64,000 nucleotides of DNA from Candidatus Eiseniibacteriota bacterium (GTDB lineage: Bacteria; Eisenbacteria; RBG-16-71-46; CAVPCR01). Each line of letters begins with the position of its first letter. The first letter of the stretch is position 1. The translations under genes were made by a program, and so were the position numbers. Where the stretch lies: positions 128,001 to 192,000 of the forward strand of contig CAVPCR010000001.1 in assembly GCA_963702435.1 (NCBI GenBank), read 5' to 3'. The notes beneath the pieces are model-generated. The model saw nothing but the letters and a program-made list of their open reading frames with translations. It was not told the DNA's origin and made no database searches. Shown piece by piece: positions 10,089-20,227 of this stretch.

Positions 10089-12056
10089 ATGCCCAAGGTG
10101 ATCCCGTCTGCCCACCGCGGCGGAGAGTCCATCGCCCCCGGCGGAGAGTCCATCGCCTCCCGGCCCGGCGAGACCATCCCCTACATCCCCGCCCACCTGA
10201 GCCCGCCCGAGATCACGCTCCGCGGCGTCGTCCTCGGCATCCTGATCGGGGTCGTCTACGGCGCCGCCAACGCCTACCTCGGGCTCCTCGCCGGGCAGAC
10301 CGTCTCCGCCTCGCTGCCGGCGGCCGTGATCGGCATGTTCGTCCTCTCGACGGTCTTCCGCTCGCGGAACGTGCTCGAGAACAACATCGTGCAGACGATC
10401 GGCTCGAGCGGCGAGTCGCTCGCGGCCGGGGTCATCTTCACCGTGCCGGCGCTCATCTTCCTCGGCGAGCGGCCCTCGCTCGCCTTGATCTTCGCGCTCG
10501 CCGGGGTCGGCGGCCTCCTCGGCATGCTGTTCATGATCCCGCTCCGCCGCTACCTGATCGTGCGCATGCACGGGAAGCTCGCTTTCCCCGAGGGGGTGGC
10601 CTGCGCCGAGATCTTGAAGGCGGGCGAGCAAGGCGGCGCGCAGTTCGGTCTCGTCATGCGCGGGATCGGGGTCGGCGCGGTCTACCGCTTCGTGGTCGAG
10701 ATGTTCCGGCCCTGGAACCGCGAGTTCACCTTCACCTTCCCGCGCCTCCACCAGGCGACGGTCGCCGGCGAGGGCATGCCGGCCCTCCTCGGCGTCGGCA
10801 TGATCATCGGCCCGCGCATCGCCACCCTCATGTTCGCCGGCGGCTTCCTCGGCTGGATGGTGATCCTCCCCCTCCTCCACGCCTTCGGCTCGAGCAGCCT
10901 GAACCCGCTCTTCGCCGATTCGGTGCTCGCGGAGATGACGCCGTCCCAGATCTGGGGCCGCTACCTCCGCTACATCGGGGCCGGCGCGGTGGCGGTCGGC
11001 GGCTTCATGGCGGTCGTGCGCTCGGCGGGCATGATGGTCGGCGCCTTCGCGACCATCCTTCGCGACGTGCGCGGCCGGGCGGCGGGCGCGGCCGCCGCGC
11101 TCCGCACCGAGCGCGACCTCTCGAGCCGCTGGCTTCTCGCGGGCTCGCTCCTCGCCATCGTCTTCCTGTGGGGACTCCTCGGCTTCAGCGAGTGGCGCGC
11201 CTTCGTCGGCGTGACGTCGACCGTGCTCCTCGCCTTCTTCTTCGTCGCGGTCGCCGCCTACATCTGCGGGCAGGTCGGCTCCTCGGCCTCGCCGGTCTCG
11301 GGGATGACGATCACGGCGCTCCTCGCCACCTGCCTCATCTTCCTCGGGATCGGCTGGACCGGACCCGGCGGCATGATCGCGGCGATGACCGTGGGCGCGG
11401 TCATCTGCATCGCCATCTGCATGTCGGGCGACATGTCACAGGATCTGAAGACCGGGTACCTCCTCGGCTCGACCCCCTGGCGCCAGCAGGCGATGAACGT
11501 GGTCGGGAACTTCGCCGCCGCGGCCACCATCGGCTTCGTCCTCTACTTCCTGCACGAGACCAAGACGATCGGCTCGGAGGAGCTCCCGGCGCCGCAGGCC
11601 ACCCTCATGTCGCTCATCGTGCGCGGCCTCTTCGGCGGCAACCTGCCATGGACGCTCGTCCTGATCGGGATGGGGATCGGCACGATCTCCGAGCTCCTCC
11701 GCATCCCGACCCTCCCCTTCGCGATCGGGCTCTACCTCCCCTTCTCGACCTCGACCGCCATGTTCGTGGGCGGGATCGTGTCGTGGCTCCTCGGGCGGCC
11801 GCGGCCGGCGGATGGCCCCGCTCGCGCGGCCGGGCGGATCGAGCGCGGCATCCTCGTCTCCTCGGGCCTCGTCGCCGGCGACGCCATCATCGGCCTCCTC
11901 ACCATCGGGCTCATCGAGATCGCCCACATCGACTGGGGGATCCGGCCCTTCCTCGGCGGCTTCGCCTGGGAGGGCTACTCGCTCGCGATCTTCGTCGCGC
12001 TCGCGGCGTGGCTCTACCGGACGGCGAAGGCGGAGCGGCGCGCGTCAAGCGCGTAG
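10089..12056 (+). CDS. OPT-family oligopeptide transporter
   Basis: EITLRGVVLG, LENNIVQT, SQDLKTGYLLGSTP, LPAPQATLM motifs. Confidence 0.92.
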   Translation: MPKVIPSAHRGGESIAPGGESIASRPGETIPYIPAHLSPPEITLRGVVLGILIGVVYGAANAYLGLLAGQTVSASLPAAVIGMFVLSTVFRSRNVLENNIVQTIGSSGESLAAGVIFTVPALIFLGERPSLALIFALAGVGGLLGMLFMIPLRRYLIVRMHGKLAFPEGVACAEILKAGEQGGAQFGLVMRGIGVGAVYRFVVEMFRPWNREFTFTFPRLHQATVAGEGMPALLGVGMIIGPRIATLMFAGGFLGWMVILPLLHAFGSSSLNPLFADSVLAEMTPSQIWGRYLRYIGAGAVAVGGFMAVVRSAGMMVGAFATILRDVRGRAAGAAAALRTERDLSSRWLLAGSLLAIVFLWGLLGFSEWRAFVGVTSTVLLAFFFVAVAAYICGQVGSSASPVSGMTITALLATCLIFLGIGWTGPGGMIAAMTVGAVICIAICMSGDMSQDLKTGYLLGSTPWRQQAMNVVGNFAAAATIGFVLYFLHETKTIGSEELPAPQATLMSLIVRGLFGGNLPWTLVLIGMGIGTISELLRIPTLPFAIGLYLPFSTSTAMFVGGIVSWLLGRPRPADGPARAAGRIERGILVSSGLVAGDAIIGLLTIGLIEIAHIDWGIRPFLGGFAWEGYSLAIFVALAAWLYRTAKAERRASSA

Positions 12057-12122
12057 CTTTCGCTGGGTCGCTCCTGATACCCTTGGTCACGTGCCGACTC
12101 GACGCCCAACACGGAGGGAACC

Positions 12123-13847
12123 ATGCACAGAGCCTGCTCCCGGCGCGACGCCTCCGCCCGCGTGACGGCGGCCATCGCGGCTGCCGCCATCCTTCTCGGA
12201 ACGCTCGCCCTCGCCACGCTCCTCGCCCCGCCGGCCGCTGCCGCCGGCCTCGACGGCCGCTGCTTCACACCGGCGGTGCGCGCGCTCCCGACCGGCGCCG
12301 GGCCGGGCGACGGGACCGCCCCCGGACCCGCCGACACGCCGCCGCCGAACCCGCAGGTCGGCGACTCCTGGCTCTGGTACATCTGGCGGCTGAACGGCCC
12401 GCCGCAGGCCGACCTCCGCATGTGCACGGTGCGCGGCATCGGCCCGAACTGCTACGTCGTGGTCGAGAACTCGCGGTGGAACGTGGTCGTGAACCAGGCC
12501 AAGGTGGATCACATCATCGCGCGCTTCGAGCAGGAATCGATCGGCCCCCATCCCGATCAGGGCATCTACGACATCAACGTCGCCGCCTTCGGCACGCCGC
12601 CCGACCGGCTCGACAACGATCCGCGGGTCTACATCCTCTACTACGATTTCGACGTCAACTCGGACGGCTTCTTCTGGTACTTCGACGAGTACCCGAACGG
12701 GCAGTTCCCCTATGCCTCGAACGAGTGCGAGGTCCTCTACCTGAACGACTCGGGTCCCGACCCCGCGGGCGATTACATGATCGGGGTCCTCGCCCACGAG
12801 TTCGAGCACATGATCCACTTCGAGCACGACGAGGACGAGGTCTCCTGGGTGGACGAGGGCCTCGCCGAGGTGGCCATGTACCTGTATGGCCACCCGGACC
12901 AGGTGAGCACGTTCAACTCGAACCCCGACAACAACCTCACCGTCTTCAACGGCGCCTGGGCCGACTACATCAAGACCTATCTGTGGTCGCTCTACTTCTA
13001 CGAGCGCTACGGCGGCGAGGCGGCGCTCTACCAGGTGGTGCACGAGCCGGCGAACTCGACGCTCGGCTACGATCGCGTGCTCGACAGCCGCGGCTACGTC
13101 GAGGACTTCGACGATGTGTTCGCCGACTGGACCGTGGCCAACTACCTGGACGACACGACGATCGGCGACGGGCGCTACGGCTACGTGGGTGAGGACCTCC
13201 CCGTCTTCAACGCCACCAACTACTCGGCGTACCCCGTCGGCCCGCTCAACACGACCGTCAACTTCTGGGGAACGGACTACCACCGCTTCACGAACGCGAC
13301 GTCGGGGCTCGGCTACAGCTTCGACGGAAACGATCTCACGACCTTCGCGGTGTGGGCGCTCGAGCTCGACGCCGTGCTGCCGACGCGCGTGACGCGGGTG
13401 CCGCTCAGCCCCGCCCAGGCCGGCACGATCGACCTGCCCGACGTCGGGCCGCTCTACGACTCGGCGGTGATGGTCCTCGCCCACAACGCGGGCGTGGGCG
13501 GCACGAACTACACCTACTCGGCGGCGACCGGGATCACGGCGATCGCGGCCGGCGGCGCGCCCGGCGTCACGGCGCCCCTCCTCTCCGCGCCGTCACCCAA
13601 CCCCTTCGCCCCGGCGACCGCGGTCCGCTTCGCGCTGCCGGCGGCGGGGCCGGTCGCGCTCCGCGTGTATGACGTCGGCGGCCGGGCCGTGCGCACTCTC
13701 GTCGACGGCCCGCTCGCCGCCGGGGAACACACGGCGCACTGGGACGGCCGGGACGGCGCGGCGCGGGAACTTGCGAACGGCATCTACTTCCTGCGTCTCG
13801 AGGCAGGGGGCGAGGAACGGACCGTGCGCGCGGTGCTCAGCCGCTGA
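12123..13847 (+). CDS. Secreted zinc peptidase (M30/M6-like) with FlgD-Ig-like C-terminus
   Basis: LAHEFEHMIH...WVDEGLAE zinc motif; SPNPFAPAT...NGIYFLRL C-terminus. Confidence 0.82.
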   Translation: MHRACSRRDASARVTAAIAAAAILLGTLALATLLAPPAAAAGLDGRCFTPAVRALPTGAGPGDGTAPGPADTPPPNPQVGDSWLWYIWRLNGPPQADLRMCTVRGIGPNCYVVVENSRWNVVVNQAKVDHIIARFEQESIGPHPDQGIYDINVAAFGTPPDRLDNDPRVYILYYDFDVNSDGFFWYFDEYPNGQFPYASNECEVLYLNDSGPDPAGDYMIGVLAHEFEHMIHFEHDEDEVSWVDEGLAEVAMYLYGHPDQVSTFNSNPDNNLTVFNGAWADYIKTYLWSLYFYERYGGEAALYQVVHEPANSTLGYDRVLDSRGYVEDFDDVFADWTVANYLDDTTIGDGRYGYVGEDLPVFNATNYSAYPVGPLNTTVNFWGTDYHRFTNATSGLGYSFDGNDLTTFAVWALELDAVLPTRVTRVPLSPAQAGTIDLPDVGPLYDSAVMVLAHNAGVGGTNYTYSAATGITAIAAGGAPGVTAPLLSAPSPNPFAPATAVRFALPAAGPVALRVYDVGGRAVRTLVDGPLAAGEHTAHWDGRDGAARELANGIYFLRLEAGGEERTVRAVLSR

Positions 13848-13995
13848 GCGGCAGGAGCAGCGGAGCAGCGGCCCGCCGGGCAGACGAAACGCCGGCACTC
13901 CGCGTCACGGGACGCGGGGCGCCGGCGTTGATCGTTCAGGCGGCCGCGGCCGCGGGCACTACGGGCGTGCTGCGGCGCGCCGGCAGCGGCCGTGC

Positions 13996-14538
13996 TCAGG
14001 CGTCCGGCCAGCCGGCCGGCATGACCTTGAGCACCCGCCGCCCGGCCAGGACGTCGAATGACCGCTGATAGACGTTACATGTGCGGCAGGTTTCCGGGCC
14101 TTCCCGGTACAGGCAGTACGTGTTCGTCCAGCAAGGGTGGCGGTCATCGGAGAGCTGCCAGCACACCGAGGCCTTCTCGACCCTGCAGCCGCGCAGTTCC
14201 CAGCACGGCAGCATGCCCAGCATGTGCCGGATGCCGGCGACGTTGAGCCCCTCGTCGATGATCAGATCGCGAATGCGCTTGAATCGCTCGACATCCGCAG
14301 CGGCATAACGGCGCGTCCCTGCGAACGTGCGCGTGGAGATGACAAGTCCTTCCCGTTCGTAGTAGCGCAGGGTCTGCGTGGACACGTTGAGCATGTGGGC
14401 CACGTGTCCGATCGAGAAGGTACGATCGCCGGCTACGAAGGGACTCGCGTCGTGCCCGTTGCCGCCGTCGTCTCCGCTCTCGTACTCGAAGTCGGCGGCC
14501 GGGGCGCGGGCCTTCGCAGCTTGGGCTCTGGTCCTCAT
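13996..14538 (-). CDS. MerR-family transcriptional regulator with Cys-rich C-terminus
   Basis: FSIGHVAHML..STQTLRYYEREGL...RRY MerR HTH; CW..C..CW..CW..C..CxxC tail; GGGAGG before ATG 14538. Confidence 0.85.
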   Translation of the reverse strand: MRTRAQAAKARAPAADFEYESGDDGGNGHDASPFVAGDRTFSIGHVAHMLNVSTQTLRYYEREGLVISTRTFAGTRRYAAADVERFKRIRDLIIDEGLNVAGIRHMLGMLPCWELRGCRVEKASVCWQLSDDRHPCWTNTYCLYREGPETCRTCNVYQRSFDVLAGRRVLKVMPAGWPDA

Positions 14539-14933
14539 GGCGGCCTCCCTGTTCGGAGCTGGAGGGTTCGGACCGAGATCAAATCTGCAATGACGATTGT
14601 ATACCTCTGAAAACCTCGCGCATAGCCTCGGTCGAGCGTGAGGTGAGGGGGCTAGGGCGAGGGCGAGGGCGAACGCGGCCGGCCGCGCCAGCGGCGCTCG
14701 GCGGCACTCGGCAAGCGCTCGGCCGGCGCTCGGCGCGAACCGCGGTGAATCCCTCCCCCCTGTCTCGGATCGGCGGCACCTGACAGAATGGCCGACCGGC
14801 GCCACGCTGCTGGACATCGGTACAGGAGGATCCTCGCTGCCTGCTCACGCCTTCACGCGAGGACCCTAGCGTGGCAAGAACTTGACGTGATCGCCGCTGC
14901 TCCACCTCGGCGGCACAAGTTATGCGCAGGGAG

Positions 14934-15003
14934 GCGCCGTCGTGGCCTGTCCGCCCACGCGACCGGAGAGCGCCGTCGTGCCTGTCCGCCCACGCGACCG
15001 GAG
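14934..15003 (+). repeat. Tandem ~35-bp direct repeat (2 copies)
   Basis: gcgccgtcgtg(g)cctgtccgcccacgcgaccggag at 14934-14968 and 14970-15003. Confidence 0.85.
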
Positions 15004-15012
15004 GGAGCCGTC

Positions 15013-15442
15013 GTGACCGCCTCATCCGTTCCGGCCGAGCTCGCCGACCTGATCGAGCGCATCGCCCGCCACCCGCACGGCCTCGGCTTCCTGCACAAGG
15101 CCTATCTCGAGAGCGTGGCGGTGACCCTCGGCGTGCATCCGTTCGTGGTGGATGCGGCACGCGCGTATCTGGAGACGCCGGCGGGGCGGACGGCGCTGAT
15201 CGAGGCGGTGCGGGTGGCCGGGGAACGGGCGAAGGCGGGGGCGGCGGCACCTCCCCCGCACGGGCCCGACTCGGGCCGGGCCGAGGCCGCCCTCGCTGAT
15301 CGAGAAGGCCGCGGGCGATCCCCGCGGCCGCCGTTACCTCGCCGAGGGCGCGCCCGAGGAGATCGCGGCCGCCTTCGGCGTGCATCCGTACCTCGTCTTC
15401 CGGGCGCGCGGGATCCTGGACCGGCACGAGATCGCGTCCTAG
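15013..15442 (+). CDS. Small hypothetical protein with internally duplicated domain (one frameshift)
   Basis: Frame A LIERIARHPHGLGFL...LGVHPFVVDAAR; frame B LIEKAAGDPRGRRYL...FGVHPYLVFRAR, ends TAG 15442. Confidence 0.55.
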
Positions 15443-15484
15443 AGCGCGCTGCCGGCGCGCGGCAGACCACAGGGAGGGAGAACC

Positions 15485-16544
15485 ATGGAGGTCGGAATCG
15501 TCGGCTACGGGGCCTACGTCCCGCGCCACCGCATCAAGGTCGAGGAGATCGCCAAGGTCTGGGGCGCCGACGCCCCGTCCTACAAGCGCGGGCTCATGCT
15601 CCGCGAGAAGTCGGTGCCGACCCCGGACCAGGACACGATCACGATGTCGGTCGAGGCGGCGCGGCACGCGCTCCGCCGCGCAGGCGGCGTCGATCCGGCG
15701 CGGATCGGGGCGATCTACATCGGCTCCGAGTCCCACCCCTACGCGGTCAAGCCGAGCGGCACCGTGGTCGCCGAGGCGCTCGGGGCGACCCCCGAGATCC
15801 ACTGCGCCGATCTCGAGTTCGCCTGCAAGGCCGGGAAGCGAGGGCATGTTCATCGCGCTCTCGCTGGTCAAGGCGGGCCAGGTCGAGTACGCGCTCGGGA
15901 TCGGCGCCGACACCTCGCAGGGCGCCCCCGGCGACGCGCTCGAGTACTCGGCCTCGGCCGGGGCGGCGGCCTACCTCTTCGGGAAGGAGAAGATCCTCGC
16001 GGTGTGCGAGGACACCTACGCCTTCATGACCGACACGCCCGACTTCTGGCGGCGCGAGTACCAGTTCTACCCGCGGCACGCGGGGCGCTTCACCGGCGAG
16101 CCGGCCTACTTCAAGCACATATTGGGCTGCGCGCACGGGATCATGAAGAAGTCGGGGACCAAGCCCGCCGACTTCCGCTGGGCCGTCTTCCATCAGCCGA
16201 ACGGGAAGTTCCCCATGCGCGCCGCCGCCGAGCTCGGCTTCCCGAAGGAGAAGGTCGAGCAGGGCTGGCTCTGCCCGACCCTCGGCAACACGTACTCGGG
16301 CTCCTCGCCGATGGGATTGAGCGCGATCCTCGACGTGGCCGCCCCCGGCGATCGCATCTTGATGGTGAGCTACGGCTCGGGCTCGGGGAGCGACGGCTTC
16401 ATCTGGCGCGTCACCGATCGGATCAAGGACGTGCAGAAGGCCGCGCCGCAGACGCGGCAGCAGCTCGAGGACCATCCGATCTACATCGACTACGGGACCT
16501 ACGCCAAGTACCGCGGCAAGATCAGGAAGCTCGCCGAGGCCTAA
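15485..16544 (+). CDS. Hydroxymethylglutaryl-CoA synthase, archaeal type (frameshift ~15836)
   Basis: [45 protein letters not shown] across two ORFs. Confidence 0.9.
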
Positions 16545-16597
16545 GCTAGCTTGAAGCTCGCCGGGGCCTGGCCGCGGCGCGGACGGAAGGGAGATGC

Positions 16598-17793
16598 GTG
16601 ATGCGTGACGTGGCAGTGATCGGGGTGGGCATGAACCGGTGGGGCGAGCTCTGGGAGAAGTCCCATCGCGACATCTGGACCGAGGCGGCGCTCGAGGCGG
16701 TGGCCGACGCCGGCGTCGATCGCGTGGACGCGATGTATGTCGGCTGCATGTCGGGCGGGCTCTTCGTGGGGCAGGAGCACCTGGGGGCGATGCTCGCGGA
16801 GCAGCTCGGGATGGGGCCGATCCCGGGGACGCGGGTCGAGTCGGCCTGCGCGTCCGGTGGGCTCGCGTTCCGGCAGGCGGTGCTCGCGGTCGCCGCAGGC
16901 GAGCATGACATGGTGCTCGCGAGCGGCGTCGAGAAGATGACGGACGTGGACGGCGGGGCGGCGACGTATGCCCTCTCGACTGCCGCCGACCAGGAGTACG
17001 AGTGCTACCACGGGATCACCTTCCCGGGGCTCTACGCCATGATGGCGCGCGTGCACATGCACCGCTACGGGACGACGCGAAAGCAGCTCGCTGAGGTCGC
17101 GGTCAAGAACCACGCGCACGGATCGATGAACCCGCTCGCCCAGTTCCAGGGGAAGGTGACCGCGGAGCAGGTGATGGAGTCGGTTCTCGTCGCCGATCCA
17201 CTCCGCATCCTCGACTGCTCGCCGATCACGGATGGGGCGGCGGCGGTGGTCGTCGCGTCGCTCGATGCGGCGAAGAAGATGAAGACGGGTGGCGCCGGCG
17301 GGGCCGGCGGGGCGCGGCCGCTCGTGCGGGTCGCCGCCTCCGCGCACGCGACCGACTCGATGGCGCTCCACGACCGGGACGACCTCTGCTGGCTCGCGGC
17401 GACCGCGAAGGCGGCCGAGATCGCCTACAAGAAGGCGGGGATCGGCCCCGAGAAGCTCTCGTTCGTCGAGGTCCACGACTGCTTCACGATCGCCGAGATC
17501 ATGGTGATCGAGGCGCTGGGATTGGTCGAGCGCGGGAAGGGCGGCGGGGCGGCGGCGAGCGGGATGACGGCGCTCGGCGGGAAGATCCCGGTGAACGCGT
17601 CGGGGGGCTCAAGTCGAAGGGCCACCCGGTCGGGGCGACCGGTGTCGCCCAGATCCGCGAGGCGGTGCTGCAGCTACGGGGCGAGGCGGGAGACCGCCAG
17701 GTGAAGGGCGCGCGCTACGGGCTCACGCAGAACATGGGCGGGACCGGCGCGAGCACGGTGGTCCACATCTTCGAGCGCGTCGAGCGCGGGTAA
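16598..17793 (+). CDS. Thiolase (archaeal/SCP2-like acetyl-CoA acetyltransferase; frameshift in G-run ~17605)
   Basis: [25 protein letters not shown], then [17 protein letters not shown] after a 1-nt shift; TAA 17791-17793. Confidence 0.9.
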
Positions 17794-17799
17794 GGGGGG

Positions 17800-18207
17800 A
17801 TGCGAACGATGATCGGATCGCCACGCTACTGGCGGGAGATCCCGCAGCGCTACCGCTACGAGGCCGCCGAGTGCACGAAGTGCGGGAAGATCTTCTTCCC
17901 CCCGCGGCTCGTCTGCAGCGGCTGCCGGGGCCGGGAGTTCAAGAAGGCGACGCTGCCTTTGGATGGGACGATCGAGACCTTCACGGTCATCCGCGTCGCG
18001 CCGAGCGGGTTCGGGGACGAGGCGCCCTACGCGGTCGGGATCGTCAAGCTCACGAACGGGGTCAAGGTGACCGCGCAGATCGTGGATTGCGCGCCCGAGG
18101 AGCTTGGGATCGGGGACCCCGTGCGGCTCGAGTTCAGGCGGGTGCGGCAGGACGGCGAGTCGGGCGTCATCTGCTACGGGTACAAGTTCGTGCGGACGGG
18201 GAGGTAG
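17800..18207 (+). CDS. DUF35 Zn-ribbon/OB-fold protein
   Basis: CTKC...FPPR..CSGC zinc ribbon, FRR...YGYKF; follows thiolase. Confidence 0.9.
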   Translation: MRTMIGSPRYWREIPQRYRYEAAECTKCGKIFFPPRLVCSGCRGREFKKATLPLDGTIETFTVIRVAPSGFGDEAPYAVGIVKLTNGVKVTAQIVDCAPEELGIGDPVRLEFRRVRQDGESGVICYGYKFVRTGR

Positions 18208-18430
18208 GGCGGGCAGGAGGCGGACAGGGGCCGGAGAGCTCCGCCCGACCCGGTGTGGTTCCAAGAGGTTTCGTCCGCACCGCCCGCTGGGGCGGAGCGG
18301 AAGAGCGCCGGCGGTGTGTCAGGCGGCGCACCGCCGGCGCGAACCCAAGATGGGCACCTGGCGCGTCCCGCTGTGGGCCAGTACCTTTGTGTCAACGGTC
18401 ATGCCGTACACTCTGCACAGGAGGACAGCC

Positions 18431-18565
18431 ATGGCCCAGCCCGACGACGTGGACAGGATGCTGATGAGCTGCTCAGAGACAAGAAGCCCGAAGAGACTCT
18501 CGGCCAGGGAGGCTTGCTCAAGGAGCTGACCCGACGATTGGTGGAGCGAGCCCTTCAGGGCGATG
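18431..18565 (+). pseudogene. IS256-family transposase N-terminal remnant
   Basis: DELLRDKKPEETLGQGGLLKELTRRLVERALQG then loss of similarity. Confidence 0.65.
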
Positions 18566-18602
18566 CCGCCCATCCCGAGCACGGTCATCTCCTCTCCTTC
18601 GC

Positions 18603-18691
18603 ATCTAACACCACGATTCTAACCACGCCGCGGCCAGATAACCGTGACTTCGGAAACCGCGCGGCCCGCAGCTTCGATTGGTTTGTTACGT
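18603..18691 (-). other. Degenerate terminal attC-like site
   Basis: ACGTAAC...GCTGCGGGCC/GGCCGCGGC stem...GTTAGAT; L boxes pair poorly. Confidence 0.35.
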
Positions 18692-18722
18692 CGCAAGCCA
18701 TGCTCCCGCATCGCCTAACTAA

Positions 18723-19227
18723 CTAGAGATACTTGTCCAACAGCTTGGCGAGAACGAGAGCGCCGTGCCCGAGGATCATTGCCGTCAGCAGCGAGAGAAG
18801 GTTGCCAAAGACATATGCATGGAATAGTACAATTACATGTCGGCTCGTCGCGGCCTTCTCGTCGTCTTGCAGACTCCCTGAAGCCAGGATGATCTCAGGC
18901 GTGCGGATCCAGCCGAAAAACGCCTTGAGAATCACAACGGCCGTTAGCAGCGTGAACTGCAAAGTCATGAAGGAAGTAGATGAAAAGCACTCGTTCAAGT
19001 CGCCCGATTAGGCCGCCGTAGTCGAGGCCAAGCTGCTCTCGCAACTCGTGGCGGCGTTTCTGGATTTCATTAGGCGCGACATTGCCGGGCTGGGGCTGGG
19101 CCTTTGCGAAGAACGACTCGTAGAACCACCCGATGACGCGCTCGCACGCGAGGACGGATAGTAGATTCGCCGCGATGAATGCCAGCATCCATGGCAAGCT
19201 TACCCCGATGTCTTCGAGATAGGTCAA
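18723..19227 (-). CDS. Cassette membrane protein (DUF3307-like; frameshift ~18975)
   Basis: GGLIGRLERVLF then FTLLTAVVILKA...YVFGNLLSLL in adjacent frame. Confidence 0.6.
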
Positions 19228-20227
19228 CGTCTACCTCCAACGACAGGTGTCAGGTGTCAATGGGCGCCGAGTTTCACGAGGTTAGCGGAAACGGACATTT
19301 GCGTGTAGCTGATAGAGAGATCTCCGGACGGTTCGGCTACTCTCCGCCGACCACGAAAGGAGGTCTCCGATGCCCGATTTTAGAGCGAAGCTGAGCAGCG
19401 GCAAAAAATCAGGACTGTGCTTCGCGTTCTCAAGTACTTTGAGGAAGTGACACGAAACGTCTCCAGGACGTGCCGCTTCTTCTGCGTCTCCCGGACCCAG
19501 TTCTACGTTTGGAGGAAGCGCTTCCAGGAGCAGCGACTCCCCGGCCTTCGCGACAACCCACCGGGGCCTCGGGTGAGCCCCTTTCGAACCCCGCCGGAGA
19601 TCGAGGCGGTGGTGCTGAGCGAGGAGCAGATGCAACTCCTGGAGCGGCACAGCTGCGAGTTCCGCTGTCGCCACGTCGAGGCTTCGCGCCCAGGAGAGCT
19701 CCTCAATCAGGACACGTTCTACTGGGGCACGCTCAAGGATGTGGGCAAGGTCTACGTCCAGGTCGTGGTCGATGTCTTCTGCTCACTCGCCTTCGCCAAG
19801 GTCTACACCTCGAAGATGCCGGTGACCGCCTGTGATCTGCTCCATGACCGAGTGCTGCCCTTCTATGCGGAGCTCGGAGTGCCGGTCGGTGCCATCCTCA
19901 CCGACAACGGGCGTGAGTTCTGCGGCCGGCCGGAAACGCATCCCTACGAGCTCTTGCTGGCGATGGAGGGAGTGGACCATCGAACGACTCGGGTCCGCAC
20001 GCCGCGCACCAACGGCTTCGTCGAACGAATGAACCGGACAATGCTCGATGAGTGCTTCCGCGTCGCCGGGCGAACCACCTGGTATCTGGAGCCGGAGGAG
20101 ATCCAGCGTGTAGAGCGACAGGCCAAGCTCGGGCTAAGGCGACACCCAGATTCGCGCACCTGACCTCCTGAGAGAAGGGCAGGGCTGGTAAGACTCTCCC
20201 CACCCATGGCGGGGGGAGGACCAGCCC

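Noticed and set aside
15830..17610. Programmed frameshifting or phase variation in HMGCS/thiolase
   Set aside because: Runs are short and similar indels occur throughout the window; sequencing error is simpler
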